A program made the translations under genes and the position numbers. A stretch of 62,868 bases of DNA, the filler included, from Globobulimina sp. (lineage: Eukaryota), in the NCBI GenBank assembly GCA_003354225.1. It is 31 parts of 31 records of this genome, joined end to end, with 100 filler letters (N's around TTAATTAATTAA, not from the genome) between each part and the next. Parts side by side here need not be neighbours in the genome. Positions count along the whole stretch, not along the records: positions 1 to 1,932 come from PIVH01010450.1; positions 2,033 to 3,964 come from PIVH01010451.1; positions 4,065 to 5,996 come from PIVH01010452.1; positions 6,097 to 8,028 come from PIVH01010453.1; positions 8,129 to 10,060 come from PIVH01010454.1; positions 10,161 to 12,092 come from PIVH01010455.1; 25 more parts are not named here. One strand, written 5' to 3'. Positions 1 through 10,162 of the stretch are shown here, one piece after another. Each line of letters opens with the position of its first letter. Positions within the stretch are counted from its first letter, which is position 1. Below the pieces are notes generated by a model. The model saw only the letters and a program-made list of their open reading frames with translations. It was not told the DNA's origin and did no database searches.

Positions 1-252
1 CAACAGTTTGTTTACGACACTGTTTAGATGGACTCTGAAAAAAGTGCAAGTTTTACAATATTCAAAAACAATATATAAGATACTGTTCAGCAAAACTTAG
101 TATACCGAATATTGTTTTGATACGTATATCGCATATTCGCATTTCTGCCTTTGACTGTAAAATTTTAAAATCTGTTTTCCATCTTTAGATAATTCTCGAG
201 CAACAATTTTAATTGTTTTATAAAGACTTACTATTAAACTAATCCAATAAGA

Positions 253-699
253 ATGGTTTGTTGTCGACCGTGCTATAAAGGTCCGTGCGGATTTATAACT
301 TTAGTTATTTGGTGGATTCTTGGTGGATTTGTAGCTGGTGTTGCATGGTATTTCCTTGGATGTCTATTGTGCTGTTTCCCAGGTATTGGTAAATCATTGC
401 GTAGAATTGGATGTTTAGCTTTTGATCCTTTATCAAAACAAGTGGAGGTGCAGTTATGTGACGATGAATGCGTTGTTTGTTGTTTATGCGAAAATTGTTG
501 TAATGTGGTATGGATAATATTTTGTGGGTGGTGGTTATTTTTGGTGCATTTATTGTGTGCAATTTTATGTTTACCATTAATGCTTTGTTGTATGCCATTT
601 TCATCCATTCACTGGAAATTTGCAAAGCTATCATTATGGCCAGTTGGTCTTAAATTATTTCAAGAAAACAAACAAGAAACACAACAATCTTTTGTTTAA
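253..699 (+). CDS. Cys-rich YccF-domain (inner membrane component) protein
   Basis: Two hydrophobic repeats resembling the YccF consensus: VIWWILGGF...LAFDP and NVVWIIFCGWWL...WKFAKLSLWPVG. Confidence 0.7.
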   Translation: MVCCRPCYKGPCGFITLVIWWILGGFVAGVAWYFLGCLLCCFPGIGKSLRRIGCLAFDPLSKQVEVQLCDDECVVCCLCENCCNVVWIIFCGWWLFLVHLLCAILCLPLMLCCMPFSSIHWKFAKLSLWPVGLKLFQENKQETQQSFV

Positions 700-991
700 T
701 AACACAAAAACATTAATAATGACAAATCAAATTATTAATCCGTGTGCGTAAGGATTGCATGCGATGATGTATCATAATTTAATTTTAGTTTTCCAAATTA
801 TTGCTTAGATCGAGTTTTTGTGCAACAGCAATTTTTGCAATGAATTTAGTGTTTGATGCTGTCTGTTTAAATGGATTTTACTTCATAATCAATTGCAAAA
901 TATTTCTGATTTGTTGCTTATTTACAGAAATTAAAAGAAATCTAAACTTAAAATCTGTAAAAGTGCCAAGCTGAAATCAAATACCCGAGAC

Positions 992-1713
992 ATGTCAACT
1001 TTCCTTTTCTGCATACTCTTGTCTCAATTAATCATTACAGCCACTTTATCTGGTTCGTGTAGAGCAGTTTATTACAATGGTCATCCTATAACTCCTCTTG
1101 GTATATTTGCTTTACGTTCTCGGAGCACTCCGTTAAATTCAAAAAACACATACAAAATGGATTTATATTTTCAGGTATTTGCGGAGTAGCATACAGCAAC
1201 GAAAATGGATATTCTTCCACAATTTATAGGTGTTGGAATAAAACAGCAGTGGTTGAAGAATTATATTCCGGCACAGGTTGTTCCGGCGACTTAGCAGCGT
1301 CAAAGATTGTTTATAATGATTCATTTTATACATTTGATTGTGATAATAAAATATTATGTGATTATACAATGATAAGATCATATGTTGATGTTTCATGCTT
1401 AAACAAAGGAAGTTATAATAATATTCCTATTGTTATTAATGAATGTTCATTTAATTCAAATAAACAAATATCTGTTAAATACGTATGTGATAAATCGTCA
1501 GTTAAAGCATTAAAATATAACACATCTGATTGTTCTGCGAAGCAATATTATCAACAAATACTTTATCAAAATGGTGAATGTGGTGCGGAATTAAACAATT
1601 ATTATGAAATCTCATTATGTGGTAATTATCAGATTGATAACGATAATTACGCGAATAGGATAAATTTATTTATTACTATTTCATTCATATTTATTCATAT
1701 TATGAGCAATTAA
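992..1713 (+). CDS. Secreted Cys-rich surface protein, possibly GPI-anchored; intron 1101-1174
   Basis: Signal peptide; removing the GT..AG intron joins the two ORFs in frame (PITPL-GICGVAYSNENGYSSTIYRC); hydrophobic C-terminal tail. Confidence 0.7.
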
Positions 1714-1932
1714 TTTCAGATTAAAACGGATCTCTGTTGTGTGCAGGTTACTTTTTTTTTGTTTTTTTTTGATTTTGTGCAACTCCTTATCGTCGCGTCA
1801 GCCTTTTTACAGTATAAAATCAAGAATCCGTTATGGATTTGACACAATCTGTGAGCCTGCAGATGGAATCGGACTTGCGTTCAGATTGAATCGTGCTTAA
1901 CAAAACTTAGAAGTGATCAGGAAAATTTGATA

Positions 1933-2032
1933 NNNNNNNNNNNNNNNNNNNNNNNNNNNNNNNNNNNNNNNNNNNNTTAATTAATTAANNNNNNNNNNNN
2001 NNNNNNNNNNNNNNNNNNNNNNNNNNNNNNNN
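1933..2032. other. Artificial contig linker (first of 30 identical N44-TTAATTAATTAA-N44 spacers)
   Basis: Identical 100-nt spacer recurs every ~2030 nt; TTAATTAATTAA puts stops in all six frames; contig lengths fall monotonically 1932 to 1930 and sum with the linkers to 62868. Confidence 0.99.
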
Positions 2033-2392
2033 CTTTTTTTATTTTGACGATCAAAACTAACCTTTTTTTTTCTTCTACTCTAAGAACCCATATACAAGCA
2101 AGGAATACTAATAAATAGTGTACACAAACAATACCTCAATATATTAATTTTCAGAGATAGTGCATCATTAAGTCACAATAACTCCAATAAATGATAGCAA
2201 ACTGTCAAACCAAATTGTTGCTATCACAGAAACGAATGTTGCTATATCTCACAAATGACGATAAAATGCAAAAGTATGCAATGTAATAAAACATTAAAGG
2301 ATATCTCATGTCAAAGAAGAAAACAAGAAAAAAAAAAGAAAAAGACTAATAAGTAATAATATTAATACAGTTCTGCTAATATCAGCGAGATA

Positions 2393-2584
2393 TTACTGAT
2401 TCGATTTTCTTTTATTTTCTAATTTTGCCATCAAACGATGTGCCACATCTCTCCAAATTCCTAACGGTGTCATATCATGTCTCGCATCCAGATCTTGCGG
2501 TGTTTTGTAAGTCGGTTCAAAAATTCTGTATTCATTTTGATTTGAGGAAGATGTTGAATTTGATTTGTGTTTGGATTTTGATTT
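2393..2584 (-). pseudogene. C-terminal coding fragment cut off at the left TIR of a transposon
   Basis: The ORF (KSKSKHK...WRDVAHRLMAKLENKRKSNQ*) has no ATG at its 5' end and begins at the element boundary. Confidence 0.35.
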
Positions 2585-2964
2585 CACAGTGTGTCAACCC
2601 CCATTCGCTGAACACCAGAACCGAACACCAGTGTTCGGTTTTTTAAATTCTAAATAGCTCCTGCAATATTTGCTTGATTGTAATGTTACTTTGCACGCAT
2701 TGACATTATGATACTAGGATGGTCGTTACGTGGGGGATTTTGAATATTTTCATTTGATCTTGAGAAACGCTGTCATGACTTCCATGGTAGTCACTCAAAA
2801 ACTTAAGCACTGAAAATTTTGAACATTTTGACAATTGTAAACATCTAAAATCAGCAACATTTTTTTGTCTGTCAGATGAGTTAACTGTCAGATTTAGATT
2901 TTATTTTCATGAAATATCAACTTTTGAATATGTATTTGTCACACATTGTAATATAAAAAAAAAT

Positions 2965-3013
2965 ACAATGGCCAATTCATTACAATGGTCAATTCATTAC
3001 AATGACCAATTCA
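2965..3013 (+). repeat. About 3 x 17-bp tandem repeat (ACAATGGCCAATTCATT)
   Basis: Near-identical units visible directly. Confidence 0.85.
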
Positions 3014-3112
3014 TCGATGCCAAATTTCTGTCTCATTGCTTGCCGTTACCACCACATAGATTCGCGATTTCTGCCTCATTGTTTGCCCCAATCACAATAT
3101 GTTTTTCTTTAT

Positions 3113-3153
3113 TTGTTTGCGCCCGAAATTTCGGGCGCAAACAACCAAACTAA
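3113..3153 (+). mobile_element. Helitron-like 3' terminus (GC-rich palindrome followed by CTAA|T)
   Basis: Perfect 32-bp palindrome TTGTTTGCGCCCGAAA|TTTCGGGCGCAAACAA (3113-3144); the GC core ends 11 nt before CTAA (3150-3153), which is followed by T. Confidence 0.55.
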
Positions 3154-3712
3154 TTTGTTTACAATAAAAGACTTCGTATGCGATAAAATGGATTGTAAAG
3201 TGCATCACAATATGATATTGAACAGAAATAAATAAGATTTTCTTTCATCTGTTTCTGTATTTTTATCAATATTGCTGTTATTTTTAACATATAGATAGAT
3301 GTTTAAAACAATATTCACCATTGCAATTGTCTTTGCATTGACACATCAAGCAGGTGAATACTTAATTTAAATCTGACACATTGTATCAAATATAAATCTG
3401 ACACATTGTAGCATTGGTGAGTAAAACAATTTAATTTTTTTTCAAAAATTGCATATTTTTGAAAAATTGTTATTTTCAAAAAATGCATAATGGCAGATAT
3501 ATATACCCACAGTACAAAGTATATGCATGCTGTAGTACTCAAGCTGGCGAATATTTTTATAGTTTTGGAAATGCAAGAAGATGATAGCAAATTCGTCATG
3601 AAAGATTATGCACAGCATTGAAGGAGAAATGCGATATGACATTTTTAAAGGGAAAAATCAAAAAAATCGATATTTTTTGGTGTGTTCAGCGAAGGGGGGT
3701 TGACACACTGTG

Positions 3713-3964
3713 TCTTCCATACACTACTTTTAAATTATTGTTTTTGAAAAACTCAATTAATACTGGTGTTTTTTGCTTCATTTTTGAACCAATTCCAATT
3801 TGTTGGTTATCATTCCAACCGTTAACATATAGCAATCCGTCATCTGTAATCCATAACAAATTGCTGGCCAAGCCACCGCCAAAAATATCTTTGATGTTAC
3901 AAATATTGTGATTTATTCTGGTTAAATTTACACCGTTTTCTCGATTATAGAAGCCAGCACTGAA
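3713..3964 (-). pseudogene. RCC1-repeat protein fragment truncated by the TIR element
   Basis: Frame open from the contig edge; LLWITDDGLLYVNGWNDNQQIGIG...TPVLIEFF is an RCC1-like repeat; it reads into the TIR and stops. Confidence 0.6.
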
Positions 3965-4064
3965 NNNNNNNNNNNNNNNNNNNNNNNNNNNNNNNNNNNN
4001 NNNNNNNNTTAATTAATTAANNNNNNNNNNNNNNNNNNNNNNNNNNNNNNNNNNNNNNNNNNNN

Positions 4065-5500
4065 ATACTATCTTTGATGGCTTTATATTATGGTGGTTAT
4101 GTAAAGGAACTGCAGCGAGCAAAATAGAAAACAAATACATTCCGCTGCTCGGCAGAATTGCTGATGCTTTCCAAACATTATGGATCGACAGATTAGCTAA
4201 AAACGGCAGAAGAGAAGCTATACAACAAATATGTCTGTTACTTTTTGTGTACACGTCATCTGCTTTAATCAGAAACGTTTATAGCTATTTGTACGTTTTT
4301 GTACACAGTGCGCCACGTTACGGATACCAAAATGCCACCGCTTGTGATTTTTCCTCAAGGGACTTGTTCAAAAGTTGGTGTTCTTACCACATTTAAAAAA
4401 GGTGGTTTTCTCTCGGGTTTACCAGTGCAGCCAGTCGGTATTTTAGCCAATGTGTTACATTTTATATACCAGCACCAATCAAATATATAACTATATATAT
4501 AGCACTTGATTGGTATTGGAATACGCATTCAGATTTATCATTTTTAAATTCTGCAGCCTTTGAAATGTTTTATTCGATGTGTCAAGTCATTAATTTTGTG
4601 ACTGTTCAATTCTTGGATGTCCATAATCCCACAGAAAGAGAAAAGAATGATCCTATTCTGTATGGACATAATGTGAGAGATAAAATCGCAATGAGACTGG
4701 GTGTAATATGCACAGCGCATAGTTTAAGTGATTGGATATTATTAAGCCATGCAAAACAAAAAGAGAGTAATTTTAATACAAGTAATTTTATAATGGAAGA
4801 TGTGACGGAGCGCTTGTTATTTGAAGCAAGGACAGTAACCAAATTATTAGACAAATACAATGAATTAGATGCAAATAATGATGGATATATTGATTATTTA
4901 GAATTTTGCACAGCTTTTGCAAGGGATCCACATACAAATGGAATGAAGAATTTATTCCGTTTGTTTACTACAAAGTCCATATGGGATGAGACTGAAATTG
5001 CAAACTATTTGGATTATGATTTGATTAAAGATAAAAAAATTGGTTTTGAGGAATTTTTAGTTGGTATTTCAGTGTGTTTTGTGGACTCAATGATTGAGGA
5101 TGCTGTCAAAGTAATGTTCGATGGTGTTAATGTATCAAATGGCCAAAGCATAATGAAACAATATGTTGTTGAGGCTTATCAGAGGTCGAAACATTCAGAT
5201 TTATATCGGAATGATATGAATGCGAAGGATGATGATGGCAAATATGATATTTATGATCAAGAGATGGAGGCGTTTTGTAGTGTGATGTTTGAAGCAGAGG
5301 ACGAAAAAGTTGATTTTCAAACATTTTATGGTCGAGTTTTATCAAACAATCAGAAACATGCAGTTCATCATTTTTTACAAATGACAATTACATTCAGATT
5401 AGGCATTAAAATGAAAGAATCGGATTTTATTAACCAGGATAAAATAACTGTTAAAGTGAATTATGGAAACGTTTTTAGATCACAATCGTTTAGAAAATAA
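4065..5500 (+). CDS. Lysophospholipid acyltransferase (LPCAT1/2-like) with C-terminal EF-hands, 5' partial; introns 4233-4308 and 4438-4502
   Basis: TIFD at the contig edge (end of motif I), WIDR, VIFPQGTC, FKKGGFLSGLPVQPV; EF-hand DANNDGYIDYLEF; splicing restores one frame. Confidence 0.85.
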
Positions 5501-6122
5501 AAAAGAAAAAACTATAAATGTTTTACCGTACTGATTGTATATATAATTAATTGTTCCATTCGTCAATGTTTTTTTTTTAAAAACAAAAATGTCATTTTAA
5601 AATAAGATTACTAGCTCACAGAAAACATCAATATCTAAACTTCACAACATGGCAGATGCGAGGATTGTTGGGCTTTGTTGCTCAAATAACAATGACCGAA
5701 ATACCACCAATATTATTCAGAACCTACGCATGCCCAATTGAAGAGTAGTTTGATTAATTTATTCCATTTGTTTCATATTGTTATTCAATGTATATGGGAT
5801 TTTCTTCATATCAATTTTCATTGTGATGAGAAGATATTATTTATTCTGCATGGTCATTATCAGACATCATACAGACAATGTCGCTCAACCCTTTACTCGA
5901 ACCATTTCATATACATGACTTACTTCTTTGAAACGGAATCTTATGAATTTCTCATAACTACACCGGGTTATCGTACCCCACGCTTGTGTTTGTTAANNNN
6001 NNNNNNNNNNNNNNNNNNNNNNNNNNNNNNNNNNNNNNNNTTAATTAATTAANNNNNNNNNNNNNNNNNNNNNNNNNNNNNNNNNNNNNNNNNNNNTGAT
6101 ATAAAAAATGTGGGTAATTCTG

Positions 6123-6261
6123 TATTATATCCTTTTCAACATAAATATGATTGATATAATTAAACATTTATTCGATTAGTCTAATAAATATAGACTGTAG
6201 ACGGATAAAATTAACTGAATTATCGACTTTGCTTTCAATTCAGTTAAATGCACTAATTCTA
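6123..6261 (+). repeat. Dispersed ~140-bp repeat with an internal hairpin (copy 1)
   Basis: Near-identical to the reverse complement of 59602-59744; 11-bp stem at 6211-6221/6237-6247. Confidence 0.9.
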
Positions 6262-6436
6262 TTTACCATCATCAGTATAGTCGGCTTGTTTTTTCTCATC
6301 GTCAAGAGAGTCAACCATTTTTACAATGTCATCCACAATTTGAAGAGCTTTATTGGTTGACATGATAAGACTGGCAAAAAAAAAAAAGTGAGGTTATAAT
6401 AATATAAACTAAATAACTACACATTTTTTTCCAATA

Positions 6437-7948
6437 ATGTCCGCCAAAAACAATCGAAAACGACCACGTGCTGAATCTCTCGATGATAATCAAATCAATC
6501 AATTGACTGCAATGGGTTTTAAGACGCAACAAATTGATGCCATAAAAAACAATATTGACAAAAATGATCCATTTGTCAGCGCACTTGCATTATTGATTGA
6601 AAACAATGCCAAAAATGAAGAAAAAGAACCAGCACAAAAAAAAAGGAAATTAATCGAAGAAAATGTCGAGAACACAAACAACAAAAACCATAACAAAAAC
6701 AACAAAAATGATGAACCAAAAAAGAAAAAAACATTTGCGCAATTAAGAGAAGAAGAATTTGTAAAAGATAAAATTAAATTTGATAAACTTGAAAATGAAT
6801 ACAATGAATGGAGTGTTAATCAAAACAAATTAACGCAGTCATTCTCAAATATTCGTGATCATATTAGCAATTTATATGACCGGCGACCCCAAATTCCCGA
6901 CACTTCAAATAAACCAAAAACAATTGAAAACTTAACATTTGAAGTGGCTCAATTAAAAGAGCTAATTATTTGGTCATTTTGTTCCATGAAAAATCATTTA
7001 AATTTTTGCACACAAAAATTAGATGAATCATATTTAGAAACACAAATAAAAAAACAAGACGTTGCAGAAAAAAGAAGAAAATATTATGCAATGAAAGACG
7101 AATTTGAGTCAGAAAAATATGCATTGACATTGTTGCAAGAACAGGTTAAATCTGGTACTAATAAAATGACATTAAAGGAGCATAATTTATTCATTATTGC
7201 GACAGCACAGCATTGCAATAATGATATTGTTAAAAGTGAAGGATTTAAAATATTGAATAATAAAATCAAAGCAATACAAAATGAGGAAAAAACAGAGAAA
7301 AACATAGAATTTGAGTGTGAAATATGTTTTACAGCAATGGGAAAGTTAGAAGAAATATTAATATTTGACGAATGTTATCATTTTTATTGTGTCAATTGTT
7401 TGAAATATACATTAAAAGTAAAAATTGAAGATCGCAATATGAAGGAAATAAAATGTCCAACAGCAAAATGCAAACATATTTTGAATCATGTTGAGATTGG
7501 TTATATTTTATCGAAAGATGAATTTGAAAAATATGATAAATATTTAACAGATAATACATTGATATTAGCGAAAGATTGTTGTTTTTGTCCAAGAGCAGAT
7601 TGTGGGACTGCAATGTTTGGTTATTCGGATTCTCCGATGTTAACTTGTCCGAAATGTAAGAAACAGTTTTGTTTTAACTGTGGAACGGAAGAATGGCATA
7701 AAGGGGTTACTTGCGATGCATTTGCAAAATGGAAAGAAGAGAATGGAAGAGGAGATACAGAATTTGCGGAATGGGTGAAACAGCAGGACGCAAAACCTTG
7801 TCCTCAGTGTAAAGCAATAATTCAAAAGGTTGATGGTTGTAATTTTATACAATGTGCATCGTGTCAAACAGGAATGTGTTGGCAAACTGGATTAATCGCT
7901 GGGAAAGATGATGGACAATGTGGTGGTGGCCATAGTTGTCACTTTTAA
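6437..7948 (+). CDS. RBR (RING-IBR-RING) E3 ubiquitin ligase with N-terminal UBA-like domain and coiled coil
   Basis: QLTAMGF (UBA); RING1 CEIC...CYHFYCVNC...CPTAKC; IBR CPRADC...CPKC..FCFNC..WH...C; RING2 CPQC..IQKVDGCNFIQC. Confidence 0.92.
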   Translation: MSAKNNRKRPRAESLDDNQINQLTAMGFKTQQIDAIKNNIDKNDPFVSALALLIENNAKNEEKEPAQKKRKLIEENVENTNNKNHNKNNKNDEPKKKKTFAQLREEEFVKDKIKFDKLENEYNEWSVNQNKLTQSFSNIRDHISNLYDRRPQIPDTSNKPKTIENLTFEVAQLKELIIWSFCSMKNHLNFCTQKLDESYLETQIKKQDVAEKRRKYYAMKDEFESEKYALTLLQEQVKSGTNKMTLKEHNLFIIATAQHCNNDIVKSEGFKILNNKIKAIQNEEKTEKNIEFECEICFTAMGKLEEILIFDECYHFYCVNCLKYTLKVKIEDRNMKEIKCPTAKCKHILNHVEIGYILSKDEFEKYDKYLTDNTLILAKDCCFCPRADCGTAMFGYSDSPMLTCPKCKKQFCFNCGTEEWHKGVTCDAFAKWKEENGRGDTEFAEWVKQQDAKPCPQCKAIIQKVDGCNFIQCASCQTGMCWQTGLIAGKDDGQCGGGHSCHF

Positions 7949-8134
7949 TAAATACATCCATAAAATCAATTAAATACAAATTTAATAGTTTGTGGTGATT
8001 GTGACTGTGTAATTTATTTCAAGAATTTNNNNNNNNNNNNNNNNNNNNNNNNNNNNNNNNNNNNNNNNNNNNTTAATTAATTAANNNNNNNNNNNNNNNN
8101 NNNNNNNNNNNNNNNNNNNNNNNNNNNNGCCATG

Positions 8135-8509
8135 TCAAATAATGTTATATATCGACGAACAATCCATAGCATTATAATTAAATGGTTTTTCATTGAAATT
8201 ACAATGTGTATGAATATATTCATCATTTGTATGAATTGTATCTGTTGGATTTACTAAATTATTATCAACACTCATTGGCGCTGAATTCATCACAAAACCA
8301 TCACACTCAAATGCATTATTTATGTCTTGACTGCAATAATTGTTACAATTACATCCAAAAGAATACGTAGCACAATTACAACCAAAACTGCTTTCCATAC
8401 AATGGGTCATTTCTGGTCTAACTGCAGGTACATCATCATTAAAATTTATATCTTCATTATACTGTACAAACATAATTGGCAAACTTAGAGAAACAAAATA
8501 TAACAACAC
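8135..8509 (-). CDS. Hypothetical ORF; possibly the frameshifted continuation of 8485-9705
   Basis: Same strand, overlaps the upstream ORF by 25 nt; duplicated SFGCNC motif. Confidence 0.3.
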   Translation of the reverse strand: MLLYFVSLSLPIMFVQYNEDINFNDDVPAVRPEMTHCMESSFGCNCATYSFGCNCNNYCSQDINNAFECDGFVMNSAPMSVDNNLVNPTDTIHTNDEYIHTHCNFNEKPFNYNAMDCSSIYNII

Positions 8510-9705
8510 ATAACTGCTGTTGGCGCATATCCATATACATTATTATTTACACTAAAATAATCCTTTCCAATTCCGGACTGTGACTGTTCCTGATCCTGCT
8601 CCGGCTCATTAATCTTGTCATTGTCATCATGTTTCGATTGTATAAGTATACGTTGTATATCAGTCTCCAACCCAACACAATGTTGTCTCAAACTATTACA
8701 CACCTCAATATTTTCATTACTTTTCTCTTCCAATGTATTTACTGACTCCATTAATACATTAAATGTCTCCTTTTCGATATTCACTCTCTTACCATCATCA
8801 CTGGTACAATTTTGCCCAATAAATTGCATAACGTCCATCATATTCCCACCATATCTTACTACATTAAGTACATTTACATCTACATCATCACCCATTAATT
8901 TCTTCTCATTTAAGATCTCAAATGTTTTCCGTTTTTGATACAATATAAATAATTGTTGATATGCTTTCTTTTTCTCTGCATTAAAATAACCGATAGCCTC
9001 TTCCCGATGCGATGGGAACTGATCAATATAGGCGTGATTGCCTGCATATTTCTGAAACATTTTAGTGGTAATATTAGATTTATGGCTAATAATACTATTA
9101 TCACATAATAAATTCACTCGCCGTCCTTGTTTAGTTACACGTAATCTACATTGACATAATTGCACCAAATAAGAATACATTAATATATCATAGAACAATG
9201 ATAAACACTGTTGTTGCATGTTGCGATAATCTGACGATTGCGCACATGTTTCGGCGTTAACACTGCTGACTGTATACGTATTGCAACTGAATAACAGGTT
9301 GGATATATTATTTGCATAATGCTCAGCACAATCAATCATAAATGGATATAAGGTACGCGAATAGTGTTTGGCTCTGCTGCCATTGATCTGGTTCTTTGCT
9401 TTGTGTTTATAATCTTTTAAGGTCGATGGTAATTTATTTCCAGCTCTCATCCTCGAACTTAATCCCTTCCAATTTAAAACCAAACGTAAAGATTCATTTA
9501 TTGAATCATTTGTTGATGGTGTGTATGGTGGTAAATTAATAAAATCACGAGATTCTGATTTAAATGCTGCGATATATTCGTTTTTTGTGCATTCATTTAC
9601 TATGTGTTGCCATTGGAGTAAACGTGAATTTATATTTTCTGTTTCTGTTTTCTGTATATATAAATTGGTGTGGGTATTAAAGTATATTTGGATTTGTGTG
9701 TACAT
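8485..9705 (-). CDS. Hypothetical protein (406 aa) with C-terminal coiled coil
   Basis: Long open frame in AT-rich DNA; no recognised domain. Confidence 0.55.
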   Translation of the reverse strand: MYTQIQIYFNTHTNLYIQKTETENINSRLLQWQHIVNECTKNEYIAAFKSESRDFINLPPYTPSTNDSINESLRLVLNWKGLSSRMRAGNKLPSTLKDYKHKAKNQINGSRAKHYSRTLYPFMIDCAEHYANNISNLLFSCNTYTVSSVNAETCAQSSDYRNMQQQCLSLFYDILMYSYLVQLCQCRLRVTKQGRRVNLLCDNSIISHKSNITTKMFQKYAGNHAYIDQFPSHREEAIGYFNAEKKKAYQQLFILYQKRKTFEILNEKKLMGDDVDVNVLNVVRYGGNMMDVMQFIGQNCTSDDGKRVNIEKETFNVLMESVNTLEEKSNENIEVCNSLRQHCVGLETDIQRILIQSKHDDNDKINEPEQDQEQSQSGIGKDYFSVNNNVYGYAPTAVMCCYILFL

Positions 9706-9954
9706 TTGTAACTGTTACCAAACTATGAGTTCATTCTTTGTTTTGTGGATCCAGTTTTCCATTGTTTTCTGATTTTTATAGAGTCAGTAAAACCTTTTAT
9801 ACTTGATTTTAAACTTTAGAAGTCACTTCAAGATAACGCAATCACTCAATTAACAGTATTCATTTGTTTACTCCCATAATTTCATGACGGGAATAAACCA
9901 GATGTTTATATATACATTAATTAAAATGATACATTCATATAACAAAACAAAATG

Positions 9955-10027
9955 GGGGTACTGGCGCAATCGGAAGCGCGTAACGTTCGCAACGTTAAGG
10001 CACCGGGATCGAAACCCGGGTACTCCA
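9955..10027 (+). tRNA. tRNA-Ala (anticodon CGC)
   Basis: Cloverleaf: acceptor GGGGTAC/GTACTCC with G3:U70; D-stem GCGC/GCGC; anticodon stem TAACG/CGTTA with loop TTCGCAA; T-stem CCGGG/CCCGG with loop ATCGAAA; discriminator A; T-run downstream. Confidence 0.95.
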
Positions 10028-10162
10028 TATTTTTATTCTTATTATACTTTTCTTTTTTTTNNNNNNNNNNNNNNNNNNNNNNNNNNNNNNNNNNNNNNNN
10101 NNNNTTAATTAATTAANNNNNNNNNNNNNNNNNNNNNNNNNNNNNNNNNNNNNNNNNNNNGT

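Larger units (their letters stand above)
2585..3712. mobile_element. Non-autonomous TIR DNA transposon with CACAGTG termini (Transib/RAG-like or Chapaev/CMC-type)
   Basis: 2585-2615 CACAGTGTGTCAACCCCCATTCGCTGAACAC matches the reverse complement of 3682-3712 at 30/31 nt; AT-rich interior with no transposase ORF; no TSD. Confidence 0.75.

Noticed and set aside
2619-2645. Hairpin plus T-run as a rho-independent terminator
   Set aside because: Eukaryotic DNA; it lies in the subterminal region of the TIR element and partly repeats TIR sequence.
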